From Thecamonas trahens ATCC 50062 (lineage: Eukaryota > Protista > Apusomonadida), in contig NW_013657664.1 of NCBI RefSeq assembly GCF_000142905.1, positions 400,133 to 464,132 on the forward strand: a DNA stretch of 64,000 nt, given 5' to 3'. The notes below the pieces were generated by a model, which worked only from the letters and a program-made list of their open reading frames with translations, ran no database searches and had not been told where the DNA came from. The translations under genes and the position numbers were made by a program. Below are positions 41,140-51,576 of the stretch, in pieces (within the stretch, counting starts at the first letter, position 1; the number at the start of each line of letters is the position of its first letter).

Positions 41140-44112
41140 TCAGCACCCAAGGGCCACATATCGGGCGCCGGCCAGACTGTATGCCAGTTCGATTGGGAGC
41201 GCGAGTTCTGGTGAAGCCAATAACGCTCCGGCCTCGGCCGCCAACGCCACAGTCTCGGCCGCCAGTGTGCTGCGGTCGTGTTGCTGCTGCGGCGCAGGCA
41301 AGCCGTACCGCGAGACGTCGCACGTGTAGCTCCGCCCGCTTGGTAGCATCGAGATCTGCAGCCACTGGTGGCGATCGACGTCGTTGCGGACAGCATCGTC
41401 GTCAGATCTCAGCGTGTAGCCACGACAGTACGCCACCCGCATGCCGAGCAGGTCGCAGAACGGGAGGAGGAGCGCTGCCATGGCCGAGCTAAGCCCGTGG
41501 CAGTGGCCCTGCCCTCCGGTCACCAGCTGCTCCACCCTGTGCGAGGTGTTCCGCCGCCGATCGACCCCATCCTGAAGCCGGCTCATGTCCACCGTCGACC
41601 ACACCACAAACGGGACAGCCGCCCGAGCCGCATCGTTGATAGCCTCGTCGCCGTCGCAGGAGACCTCGATCTGGATGGCCACGCTCTCCAGCTGAAGCGC
41701 CGCGCGGAGCATGATGGCGCGCATGGCCGGCACCGAGTAGTCAGCCGTAATTAAGTCCTCGAAAACGAGCGTCCCATTTGGCTGCCTGCTCAAGTAGCCA
41801 GGAACGCCATAGATTGAACCGCGCTCGGCCGCCTCCCGATCAAGCGTCACCTCGGCGTTTCCACCATCGGCTGTCGGGATAGCGACTCGCACGGTTGTCT
41901 CATTGGAAGATACAACCGTGCACAGCTGGTTGGTGAACGCCTCGCCGTAGTCGGTCTCAGCATCGTACGCCAGATATGCTCCGGGCGGCTCGACCAGCGG
42001 GCGGATGTGCCTCGAGCTGACTGCCAGCCGCGAACCAGGCTCGAGCGACGGCGGCGGAGCGAGGGCGTCGACACCGATCGGTGCACTTGCCCAGACTCCA
42101 AGAGCAACAAGCTCAGCCGACGTTGTCTCGCGGTTTGTGCCAATGATCGGAAGCGCCGCAAAGACTGCAGCCGACTCGCGCTTGAGCTGTGGTGCACTCG
42201 ACCCGATGTGGAGGTGGACAACTGCGCAGATGCGCTCCCCGAGCGAGCCGTCATCGTCCCAGGCCCGCACCATTGCCACCGCATCCTGGATCAGCAACTC
42301 GCGAGTCGGTGCAACTGAGAGCGGCAGCGATGCCGGTGGCGCGGTCGACTGTGCTGGAACGGCGACGCCCGAGAGATGTGCGTCGACATGTGCGACAGCA
42401 AGCGGCACAAGCTGGTCTGCCACGCACGCATAGTTGCCGCGAGTCTTGCTCGCCTTGTATTGTCCGGCGTGGAAGAAGGAGAGCGAGGCTGATTTCAGCG
42501 CGCGATGCAGCGCGACCGCGGTCTTGCGCGGGTGAAAGACGTCGGTGGGGACCCATAGGATAAGGCTTGGCGTCTTGATCTTGAGGTACCGCTTGGTCTC
42601 GGTCACCATGGCGTGCATGAGAACGAGCGCCGCCACCCGCCACGGGCGCGACTTGGCCAACTCGAGCGCAATGGCCGCCCCCCAGTCGTAGCCGAGTACC
42701 GCAACCGGTGCTGTCCAACCCACGGCGTTGAGGACGGCGACGACGACAGCGAGCGGGCCGCCCGGTGCAGTCACGTCCTCGGAACGGGCCTTGGATCGCG
42801 GGCCGGGCGAGCCGCCAAAGCCGGGCATGTTGATGGCGATGACGGCGTAGCCGGCGTCGGCGTACGCCTCGATGCCCCACTTCCAGCTGTCGGCGCTTGC
42901 CGTTTTGCCATATCCATGCAGAGCGATAACAAGACCGCGCGACGAGTGCCACTCTTCCGGCGAAGTGGCAATGCAGGCCACAGGTGCACCCCACGGCATG
43001 ATGACCTCAATGACCCCGCATCCGGCGGCGGCTGACTCGGTCCTGGTCCACGCCAGCGGCTGCGGCGCGATCGTAGCCATGTCGGCCTCACGCATCGCCT
43101 CCGCTCTCGCCTGGGCATCGGCAGACTGGCCGGCCGGCACGGCAACGTTGCGAACGCGAGCGATGGCGGCTGCAAATTTGAGGGTGGTGGAGTTGCGGCC
43201 GGCGTCAACATCGAGCGGGACAAGAGTGGCGATGAGCGAGGCGCAGGCGTTGCCGCCGAGCGCGGTCCGTAAGAGCATCGTCAGCCGCGAGTCGCGGTAC
43301 GGCACGTGCTTCCTCTTCTCCACAAGCGCCAGAACGACTCTGACGAGCGCGTCGAGCGATCGACCGATGGCTTTGGACTCGGCAAGATGGACTGGGCCGG
43401 CGATGCGGGCGTCGTGGACGTTTTCGGCGCCGGCAAGATCGACGAGGTGCAGCGATGCCGAGGTGCCGTCGGCCTGGGTGAGAGTGAGAGAGATAAAGAG
43501 AGTCGATCGCGACGATGCTGCTGACATGTACGTCATCCACACTGTTCTGTTGTGGAGGACTCTGGCCATGGCGGCGTCAAACGCGGCCTCGTCGGGCACC
43601 TCGACAACGGTTGCGCCCTCAGCCACGCCACGCCAACCAGCGCGCTGGTCGGTTATCGACTCGCACGGTCTCGCCCGCACCTTAAGCTTAGTCCGATCTT
43701 TGGACAGCATGTCTTGGACACGGCCGCAATACAGATCGTACGCCGAGAGGTGCATGGTGTCGCCGTTGGCCAGCGCGTTGAGCCCGGCGCGGGCCGCCCT
43801 CCACATCACGCCGCGGTCGGACTCGGGTCCAATCATGGTGTGGGTCTTGCCGGATCCGGTCGTGCCGTACGCCATGACCGCTGCATCGTAGCCGGCAAGC
43901 CACTGGGATACAACCGGAGCAGCACCGGCGTGGTATATCTCGTCCTGGCTCGCTTCGACGGCGTTGTCCGGTAGTGCCGCCAGCGAGCAAGCCGCCCCTG
44001 CCGACTCGGGCATTCCACGCTCGGCAAGCTCGGCAACGCGGCGAGCATCGGAGTCATTGAGAGGGCGGAGACGGAGCGTGGTGGAGACATACGTTGTTTC
44101 CGGGAGTGCCAT
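41140..44112 (-). CDS. Kinesin motor - alpha/beta hydrolase - transglutaminase-like fusion protein
   Basis: AYGTTGSGKTHTM, SSRS, LVDLAGAE, HVPYRDSRLT; LHGYG, NMPGFGGS, GYDWG; GHCHG...HQWL...CD; single uninterrupted ORF. Confidence 0.85.
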   Translation of the reverse strand: MALPETTYVSTTLRLRPLNDSDARRVAELAERGMPESAGAACSLAALPDNAVEASQDEIYHAGAAPVVSQWLAGYDAAVMAYGTTGSGKTHTMIGPESDRGVMWRAARAGLNALANGDTMHLSAYDLYCGRVQDMLSKDRTKLKVRARPCESITDQRAGWRGVAEGATVVEVPDEAAFDAAMARVLHNRTVWMTYMSAASSRSTLFISLTLTQADGTSASLHLVDLAGAENVHDARIAGPVHLAESKAIGRSLDALVRVVLALVEKRKHVPYRDSRLTMLLRTALGGNACASLIATLVPLDVDAGRNSTTLKFAAAIARVRNVAVPAGQSADAQARAEAMREADMATIAPQPLAWTRTESAAAGCGVIEVIMPWGAPVACIATSPEEWHSSRGLVIALHGYGKTASADSWKWGIEAYADAGYAVIAINMPGFGGSPGPRSKARSEDVTAPGGPLAVVVAVLNAVGWTAPVAVLGYDWGAAIALELAKSRPWRVAALVLMHAMVTETKRYLKIKTPSLILWVPTDVFHPRKTAVALHRALKSASLSFFHAGQYKASKTRGNYACVADQLVPLAVAHVDAHLSGVAVPAQSTAPPASLPLSVAPTRELLIQDAVAMVRAWDDDGSLGERICAVVHLHIGSSAPQLKRESAAVFAALPIIGTNRETTSAELVALGVWASAPIGVDALAPPPSLEPGSRLAVSSRHIRPLVEPPGAYLAYDAETDYGEAFTNQLCTVVSSNETTVRVAIPTADGGNAEVTLDREAAERGSIYGVPGYLSRQPNGTLVFEDLITADYSVPAMRAIMLRAALQLESVAIQIEVSCDGDEAINDAARAAVPFVVWSTVDMSRLQDGVDRRRNTSHRVEQLVTGGQGHCHGLSSAMAALLLPFCDLLGMRVAYCRGYTLRSDDDAVRNDVDRHQWLQISMLPSGRSYTCDVSRYGLPAPQQQHDRSTLAAETVALAAEAGALLASPELALPIELAYSLAGARYVALGC

Positions 44113-44315
44113 GGCTTGCGGTGAGGTGCGATGGTCGCAAGACTGGTGTTGCCAGCAGTGGTGCGGAGAAGAAGGTTGGACTGGAAAGGTCTGACATTGT
44201 TCACCACTGACATTCCTTCTTTTGTTCCGAGGCGGGCAACATGTCTTTACCCTCCTGCCCCAAGGAGTGCTCCACATTTAAGGGACCGTCAGTGAGGTGG
44301 CGGCAAGGACAGTTG

Positions 44316-45807
44316 CTATGGCGAGGACATTGGCACTTGTCCGCGGCTGAGCTGGCTCTCTTCAGAGCTAGCTTCCGGCTCCGCCAAGGCAGTGGCAGCA
44401 GTGGCCGACACGATGGGGATGGGAGCGATGACACCCGGAGAGGCAGTGGCAACAGGCTGCACAATGGGCAAAGGATGGCTTGGGAGGGGCGTTGTGGCGA
44501 TGGAGCTTATCCCATTGCTCGGCGTCGCCGCACCGTTGGCAAGAGCGCCCATGGCGAGAGCGTGGGCCATCCCGGCGGTCACGGGCATGGGAAGTGCTGG
44601 CATGCCGTGCGGTACCATGTTCTGATGCGCACTCTGTAGTTGGCGAATGAGAGCCAGGTTCGGCAGCTGGTGGGCCTGCACAGCAGCAGCAGCAGCGGCG
44701 GCGGCGGCGGCGGCTGTCCGGGACTGAGCCAGCTGCTGTGACCAGAGCCACGCGCGCCACGCGTCAGTCATGCCGGAGGAGGGCAATGGCATTGCAGAGG
44801 GTGGCGTACTCATGGCCGATGTGGCAAATGCCTGAGCCTGACGGAGCTGGGCCAGGCGGTGTATGTCCAAGGCCTTGGCAGACAAGGCAGAGGGAAGAGG
44901 GCGGCCGAGGCGAGCGGAGAAAATTCTGTTCTGGGAACAAAACCCGAACCACGGGGCCCCTGACACTGGTCTCTCCACCCATCGTGGGCAGCCTGAAGGC
45001 CGGAACTGGCTCCCTTTCGTGTTCTCACCTCTATGGGTGGAACTGATGGTAGGTCAGCAAGGCTCTGTAAGCCGTTTGGGATAACAGATTGACCCATGCC
45101 GTGCCCAGGGGGAGGCACAACCTCCGTGGGGTGTGATGATGTCGATGGGCTCAATGCCAGTCGATCCTGCCGGCGCCGTGTGCTGCTGCTGGCATGTGCA
45201 TCGCCACTGCGCTTACGCTCCAGACGAGTGATGGTCTCCTGGATGGCGAGGGCACGTTGGACAACTGTCGGCGGGAGGCGCCGCCTTCTGTTGATGAACC
45301 ACTGGCGGACCTGGATAAAGGTGAGGCCGGCAGCTTCGGCCATCTCCTCCATTTCTGCCCGGGATGGATATGGGTTTGCAACATGTGATGCCATCCATGT
45401 GTTGAGCATGAGTGTCACGCCCTAGTAATAACAACACCCGTCCATGGTGGGCGATGTGAGTTCGGCAGAGTGAGGTGACCATAACCCGCAAAACCACACA
45501 GCACGCCCGTTCCGGGACCCTTGGTCGTAAGGGAGAACGATGATTGGGCCGTAAAAAATTGCCGACACACACAACGGGTACCCCCGGCTCACACAGGCTG
45601 CTCAACCGCTTGCCACACTCGCCCAGCCAGGTCATGCAAACGGGAGAGAGCCAAACTCATGTCACAGACGAGTTAAACCCAGCTCCACTCCTCTAGCTGA
45701 CGTACGTCACTGAAGAAGACCCTCCGCCGGCCCAACCCATGCTTCTTCGATGGCGTGTGGTCATCGTTGGCATCGTCGGCCTCCCGCCGCCGGCGCTTGC
45801 GACCCAT
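44316..45807 (-). CDS. TALE-class homeobox transcription factor; introns 45422-45705 and 44874-45028
   Basis: Spliced product MGRKRRRR...GRRRVFFSD|GVTLMLNTWMASHVANPYP...QVRQWFINRRRR; both introns are phase 0 with GT-AG ends. Confidence 0.85.
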
Positions 45808-46636
45808 GGTGCCGGATGGTGCGAGTCAGCCCAACTCGTGCAACTCTTCTGTGTGACGCAGGAATTCAGCGCCTGGTTGTCAGCACAATTGCACACACAC
45901 AAAAACGGAGCGCAGATGCGCTAGACAGGTGCACACGCGAGTCGGGCGTCACTTTGCGGCCTGCCATTTCCACCACGCGTCGATGGCTGTTGCTCAGCTC
46001 GGTTTTGACCCAGCGGAAATTGATTGGCTCTATCACTCAGTGTCAGCCAAGTCGGGTGCGAATACGGCTCTCGGCACCAGCACCAGCGGCGCTCCTTTGC
46101 TTGTTGGTGGTTGGTATGATGGCGCAGGAGTGGGCTGTGCTCTGCTGTGCGATGAGGTGTAGCTGATGAGGCAGGGGAAGGCAGGGTAGGATGCCCATCA
46201 TGCCTTGGTGTTCTGCGGTGGAGGTCAGTAAGATGTGACCTTCTTCCCCCGCACATCATCTCCCCTCTGCTCGAGCAGTGAGGTTAGCCGCTACCTTTTG
46301 TTGCAACCAGCCAGTCCTTCGTCACCGAACTCGCCAAAACAGCCCATCTTGCGGCCGGCTCTTGCTGGTGGTGGGGTGGATGACGTGGAGACGATTTGGC
46401 TCTGACATCCAAGATATGCTATGCGAGAGCAGTGCCAATGTGCCATTGCCATCAGTATCTGCTGCCACGGTGCCCGCTGGCACCACCGAGGTTCACGGCG
46501 GTCTACAGCGCTGTCGACCACACGCCCACCCCCTCTCAACTCTCTCTCTCTCTCCCTCCCAATATCAACCGAGGACCACGCGTCTGCCCACCATCACCAC
46601 TGTCACCATCAGCCGTCCAAACGCGACTATCTCATC

Positions 46637-47848
46637 ATGGAGGCATACTATGTAGAGGATACGGTCGGCTCGGGCTCGTTCGGCGTTGTTGTCCGCGCCG
46701 TTCACATGCCATCGGGCCTGCGTGTGGCGCTCAAGCGCATCCCTGCTCTCGATGTCCAGACGCTCACCCGTCCGCGCCGTGGCGGCTGGCCGGCGACGAC
46801 CGAGCCGAACGAGGCCTCAGCCAGTCGCGGAGGCTGGCCGGCGACGACCGAGGTGAATGGCGCCAACGACGATGGCGGCGGGGCTGCGAGCAGTGCTCGG
46901 GAGAAGCCGAGTCAGGGGCTGGACGAAGAGGAGGAAGGCGAGCTGGCGCTGGCGGCCGTCCGCGAGGTGCTCGCCCTCACGGGAATGGAGCATGTGAACG
47001 TGGTGCGGATGTACGAGGCCTTTGCCCATGGCACCTCGCTGGTCCTTGCGCTCGAGTTGTGCGACTTGGACCTCGGGGCGGTGCTGGCGGCACCAGGCGC
47101 TGCGGCGCTCCTCTCGCCGCGAAATGTCAAGGCGGCGATGGCCATGGTTCTTGACGGTCTCGCTTTTCTGCATGCAGCCGACATCATCCACCGCGACATC
47201 AAGCCAGCTAACCTGCTCATCTCTCACGACGGCGTGGTCAAGATCGGCGACTTTGGTCTCGCTCGCGTTCACGTCGCGCCAGGGCCTGGCGAGCCGAAGC
47301 ACATCTACTCGCATCAGGTTGCGACACGCTGGTACCGTGCTCCCGAGCTGCTGTACGGGGCGACCAGCTACGATGAAAAGGTTGATACCTGGGCAGCCGG
47401 TGCGGTGTTGGGCGAGATGCTTGCCGGCGGCTACCCGCTGTTTCCGGGCGAGTCGGACATCGACCAGCTTGTCCGCGTCATGGCCGTTCTCGGCACGCCG
47501 TCGACCGAGACCTGGCCTTGCCTCGTCGATCTGCCTGACTATGGCAAGATCCGGTTCCAGCCTCAAGACGGCATGCCGCTGGCCGAGTTTCTACCGGACG
47601 CGCCGAGCGAGGCCTGCGAGTTGCTGGCGGCGCTGCTGTGCTACAACCCTGACGCTCGCGCGAGTGCGGCTGACGCCCGTGCGGCTGGGTACTTTAGTGT
47701 CAAGCCGGAACTACCGGCGCCGCTGGCGCTCGACCTCAGCGCCGACCTCCGCCATCCACCGGCGCCGCCTCGCATCGCTGTTGACCCGCTGGTCGGCGGT
47801 GTGCTTGGCAGCTACACACCGCACCGCGCTGCCGACTACCCGTGGTGA
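46637..47848 (+). CDS. CDK20: Cyclin-dependent kinase 20/CCRK-like kinase
   Basis: GSGSFG, VALK, HRDIKPANLL, DFGLAR, YSHQVATRWYRAPELLYGA, PLFPGESDIDQL, LPDYGKI. Confidence 0.8.
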   Translation: MEAYYVEDTVGSGSFGVVVRAVHMPSGLRVALKRIPALDVQTLTRPRRGGWPATTEPNEASASRGGWPATTEVNGANDDGGGAASSAREKPSQGLDEEEEGELALAAVREVLALTGMEHVNVVRMYEAFAHGTSLVLALELCDLDLGAVLAAPGAAALLSPRNVKAAMAMVLDGLAFLHAADIIHRDIKPANLLISHDGVVKIGDFGLARVHVAPGPGEPKHIYSHQVATRWYRAPELLYGATSYDEKVDTWAAGAVLGEMLAGGYPLFPGESDIDQLVRVMAVLGTPSTETWPCLVDLPDYGKIRFQPQDGMPLAEFLPDAPSEACELLAALLCYNPDARASAADARAAGYFSVKPELPAPLALDLSADLRHPPAPPRIAVDPLVGGVLGSYTPHRAADYPW

Positions 47849-47865
47849 GACCCCGAGTCGCTGTG

Positions 47866-50800
47866 CTAGAACGGTGCGTCGCTGATGGTGGCAAAGAGGT
47901 GGACAAGCCGCTCGCGGCCCGACGTGGTGTCGAGGCGGAAGAGCGGAACCGCCATGGCATCGTGACGGAGGCATCGCAGAGCGCACGCCAGCCGTGTTGC
48001 TGGTGCAGCCTGAAGGACCCGCGCGAGCGAGCGGTGCTGGTAGATGAGCGCAAGAACGCCGAGTGGAAAGGCGATGGCAGGGCGCATCGCGAGCGCCATG
48101 GCCTCTAGAAACTCGGTGACAAAGGCAAAGAACTGGCGAATGATCCGGCGCGGGACCGCGTCGTCACCGGCAAGCGCGAGGACTCGGACCACGACATGCG
48201 CGAGCTGGATGGCCTGTCGTCGGCTGGTGAGCTTCGGGACGAGAGCCGGGATCGTGCCGGTGAGTAGCGGGCCGAGCCCGCGCACGCCGAGCGCAATGTG
48301 CAGGACGTAGGCGGCAAAGTCAGGCCGCTGGGAGCTGGCGCCGAGCCGCAGTGCGGGCGAGTTGGGGCCGACAGCTGCGTCGATGACTGCGTCGACCGCG
48401 TGGCGGGTGCTTGTCACCAGTGCCAGCTGCCGCACCATCCGCACTGCGCGCATATCGTGGTCGCGGAGCCACTTGGCGAGGCGGAGGCTCGCGGCCACGC
48501 CAACAACTGCCCCGTCGGCCTCACCCTCGCGCCCGCCGACTGTCCGCCCGCCGGCCGCAGCCACAATGGCCACCAGCGGCGACGACTCGGAACACGGCTG
48601 GCGGAACGTAGCGACCATTCGTCTGGCGACTACCGGGCGCAAGCCGGGCAGGTTCGGCAGCGACTCGAACAGGCTCGCTGCCGACTTTCCGACCGCGTCC
48701 TGCAACGCCACATCGGGCAGCGTCGCTAGCCACCACAGCGGCGCAATCATGGCGTACGGCGAGAGCTTGCCCAAAGCCACAAGCACATCGATGATGGTTG
48801 CCAGCTGCGACGCTGCCGTCGCCACGTCGGCGCCATGCAGCCGCTCGGCGATGTTCTGCACGATTGCCATCGTCGCCACGCCCGCTGCCCAAGGGCTCAT
48901 GGCCTCGAGAAGCGTCTGGAGCGCGCCTGTCACGCGCTGGGCGTTCGAAGTCGAAAAAAGCGCGACCTTCATCTGCTGTGTTGCCGTCTTGGCCGCCTCC
49001 GACTCGGCGGCGGCAGACACAGTCTGGTGAGCCTCAACCAACGCGCGCAGGTCCGCAGAGATGGCGGAGGCCTCGCCGATCTCAGCCGCCGTGCTTTGCA
49101 CAAAGACATCAAACGAGAGGTAGCTGGCCAGCTCAAGCTTGTCGTAGAACGAGACAAAGAGGAGAACAGCGGGCGCGGCCAAGCCGTGGCCGACACTGCC
49201 CGACAGCGCAATCAGTGCCAGCGCCAACCGCGCCAGAGCAGCGCCGTACTGCAAGCCCAATCCGATCTGTGCGAGCCGGATGGCGACCGCGTCAGTGGCG
49301 CCGAGGAGCGAGTAGAGAAGCGCCATGTCCGAGCGCCCAAGCGTGTCCACGCTGTCGGCCATGGCACTCACCATCTCCACCACATGCTCGGCAACAGCGG
49401 CGGCGACCTCGATCCGAACCTTGTCCGAGAACAGCTGAGTGAGGAGCTTGACAGCTTCATCCAGCGGAGTTTGCGGATTTCTGATGTGGGCAAAGAGGGG
49501 CCCGACCTGGCTGCTGGTGGCGACGACGCTTGGGTCGTTGATTACGGCCAGAGGCGCAAGCGCTGTGCCCGAAGCGATAGCATAGGCCACGGTTCGACTC
49601 GCCTCAGACACAAACGGCGCCGCCGGCTTGGCGCGGACGCCGCCGGCAGCCAGTGACGGCGTAGCCGCGCCAGACTCGGACTCGGAGGGAGCAAACAAGT
49701 CATTGAGAAAGTCGTCGTCGCCGTCGAGAATGCCTACAGGCGTGTTTGGCAGCGGCATCGCTGCCTTGGATAGCTTGCGCGAGACCGATCCGAGCTTGTC
49801 CGCCTCGGACTCGATCTGGAGCCCGGCATGGGTGTACTCCTCAGCCTGCGCCATCGAGAGCTGGAGGTGGTGCGGGAGGCTTGCCAGCAGACCTTGCGCA
49901 AACTTGGGCAAGCAGACCACGTTGGCCGGCGTCTTCTCCGATGCCTGCCACAGATGCAGGATGGCGGAGCAGAGGGCGTCGGCAAAGGCCGCAGGGTCGT
50001 CAGCAGATGCCTGCCACAGCGCGAGCAGCCGCGGAAGGGAGGCAAAGGCGATGACGTCGTCGACAACATCCACGTCTTGATAGCTCATGTACGCCCCGGA
50101 AACAACTTGTGCAACAACCTCGCCGAGCGGGAGCTGCGAGAGTTCGGCAAGGACCATGAACGAGCGCACCATGTCGGCGTCCGAAACAACCACCAGCGCG
50201 TGCCCCATCGCCTCCATTCGGTACTGGACAGCGTCAGAGACATCAAACGGGGCAGTCGTCAGTGCTGCTGGCCCGATAAGAAACGAGCCGTGCGCGGCCT
50301 TGACTGCCTGGCGCCGCGGATGCTCTGCGCTCTCCATCCGAGCCACAACCGTCGCCAGTGCCATGCGGATGTCGCCCGGCGCCGAGACGCCGTTGGCCTC
50401 GGCGGCATCGAGCGAGAGCCGCACCGCTTGCGCTGCACTCACCAGCGCGCGCCAGTCGTCAGGCACATCGTGGACCGCAACAACAAGGGTAATGAAGCAG
50501 AGTTGGTCGTCGAGGACCTCACCAACCAGCGCCACCAGTGACTGCGCGTTCTCAGCCGCGGCCATGAGGCCCAGCTGGCTGGTGGAGCCGTTCCGCAGCA
50601 CAGCATCGAGACAGGCACCGAGGGCGTGGAAGGCAAACGAGAGGCCCGAGATCAAAGCAGCAGCCTCCTCGTCGACGGCCGACACGACGGTGGTCTTCAT
50701 CTCGACCACGCCATCGCGCTCTGCACTCTCATCGTTGCCATCCCCCAGCCCGAGCGAGTCGACATCGACCGCCAGCGAAGAGAGCGCGGTGGAGAGCAAC

Positions 50801-51273
50801 CTGACCAAAGCAGCCAGCCTTGCCGGATGGGCGACGAGCTCTTCGACATCCAACGCACTCACAGCGGCAAGGTATGTAACCGGAGCCACCACGTCCACCA
50901 CAAGGGCATGCTCTAGGTACTCGACCACCCTTGCCCTTGGCTGGCTTCCCGAGCAGATGTACTTGAGGAGGACGTCTGTGACGAAGAGGCCAGGCGGGGG
51001 TGAGTGTAAGGAGAGGGAGAAGGACCAGGGGCTGAGGGGAGGCACTCGGGGGAGGGGAGGGGGGGGGGGGGGCACGTCGGGGGAGGGGGGGGGCACTCGG
51101 GGGGGGAGGGAATCATAGTGCGTACCACACACGTCTGTCGACCATGCCCGCGGTGGCCGACCCCTGGTATTGATGGTGGCCTGCATGGTCTTGAGCCATT
51201 CCACAGCAGGCAGTTGCTCACGCCACCCATCACACACAGCTGTCTCTACTGCTTCGTGCTCACTTCCTTCCAT
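47866..51273 (-). CDS. Mediator subunit MED24/Med5/Med33-like; intron 50976-51125
   Basis: N-terminus GWREQLPAVEW...LLKYICSGSQPRARVVEYLEHAL...VTYLAAVS resembles the MED24 N-terminus as I recall it; helical protein of about 1085 aa. Confidence 0.6.
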   Translation of the reverse strand: MEGSEHEAVETAVCDGWREQLPAVEWLKTMQATINTRGRPPRAWSTDVCGTHYDSLPPRVPPPSPDVPPPPPPLPRVPPLSPWSFSLSLHSPPPGLFVTDVLLKYICSGSQPRARVVEYLEHALVVDVVAPVTYLAAVSALDVEELVAHPARLAALVRLLSTALSSLAVDVDSLGLGDGNDESAERDGVVEMKTTVVSAVDEEAAALISGLSFAFHALGACLDAVLRNGSTSQLGLMAAAENAQSLVALVGEVLDDQLCFITLVVAVHDVPDDWRALVSAAQAVRLSLDAAEANGVSAPGDIRMALATVVARMESAEHPRRQAVKAAHGSFLIGPAALTTAPFDVSDAVQYRMEAMGHALVVVSDADMVRSFMVLAELSQLPLGEVVAQVVSGAYMSYQDVDVVDDVIAFASLPRLLALWQASADDPAAFADALCSAILHLWQASEKTPANVVCLPKFAQGLLASLPHHLQLSMAQAEEYTHAGLQIESEADKLGSVSRKLSKAAMPLPNTPVGILDGDDDFLNDLFAPSESESGAATPSLAAGGVRAKPAAPFVSEASRTVAYAIASGTALAPLAVINDPSVVATSSQVGPLFAHIRNPQTPLDEAVKLLTQLFSDKVRIEVAAAVAEHVVEMVSAMADSVDTLGRSDMALLYSLLGATDAVAIRLAQIGLGLQYGAALARLALALIALSGSVGHGLAAPAVLLFVSFYDKLELASYLSFDVFVQSTAAEIGEASAISADLRALVEAHQTVSAAAESEAAKTATQQMKVALFSTSNAQRVTGALQTLLEAMSPWAAGVATMAIVQNIAERLHGADVATAASQLATIIDVLVALGKLSPYAMIAPLWWLATLPDVALQDAVGKSAASLFESLPNLPGLRPVVARRMVATFRQPCSESSPLVAIVAAAGGRTVGGREGEADGAVVGVAASLRLAKWLRDHDMRAVRMVRQLALVTSTRHAVDAVIDAAVGPNSPALRLGASSQRPDFAAYVLHIALGVRGLGPLLTGTIPALVPKLTSRRQAIQLAHVVVRVLALAGDDAVPRRIIRQFFAFVTEFLEAMALAMRPAIAFPLGVLALIYQHRSLARVLQAAPATRLACALRCLRHDAMAVPLFRLDTTSGRERLVHLFATISDAPF

Positions 51274-51576
51274 TCTGGAGGGTGGTGTGTGGGGCGTGTG
51301 TGTGTGGTGGGGGGGGGGGGGTGGGGGCGGGGGTAGGGGTGGAGTGGAGTGGTGGCGGGTGCGGTGGTGTTGGTCACCAGCCGAGTCGCAGCTGATTCGG
51401 TGGTGTTTGGCGGCAGAGGGTAGCCGAGCTGGGCAGTTGCTGATCTGGAAGATCGGGTGGGCAGACAGTGCGACTCGCGAGTGGCGGCAGATTGGGCGAG
51501 TGCTGGTGGGACATGTATGCGTGCGTGTGTGTGTCTGTGTATGGGCTGGAGAGAGAGTCAGGCTGGGCGATCGGAA

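Noticed and set aside
45698-45709. Palindrome TGACGTACGTCA as a bZIP site
   Set aside because: It coincides with the exon/GTACGT donor junction of the homeobox gene.
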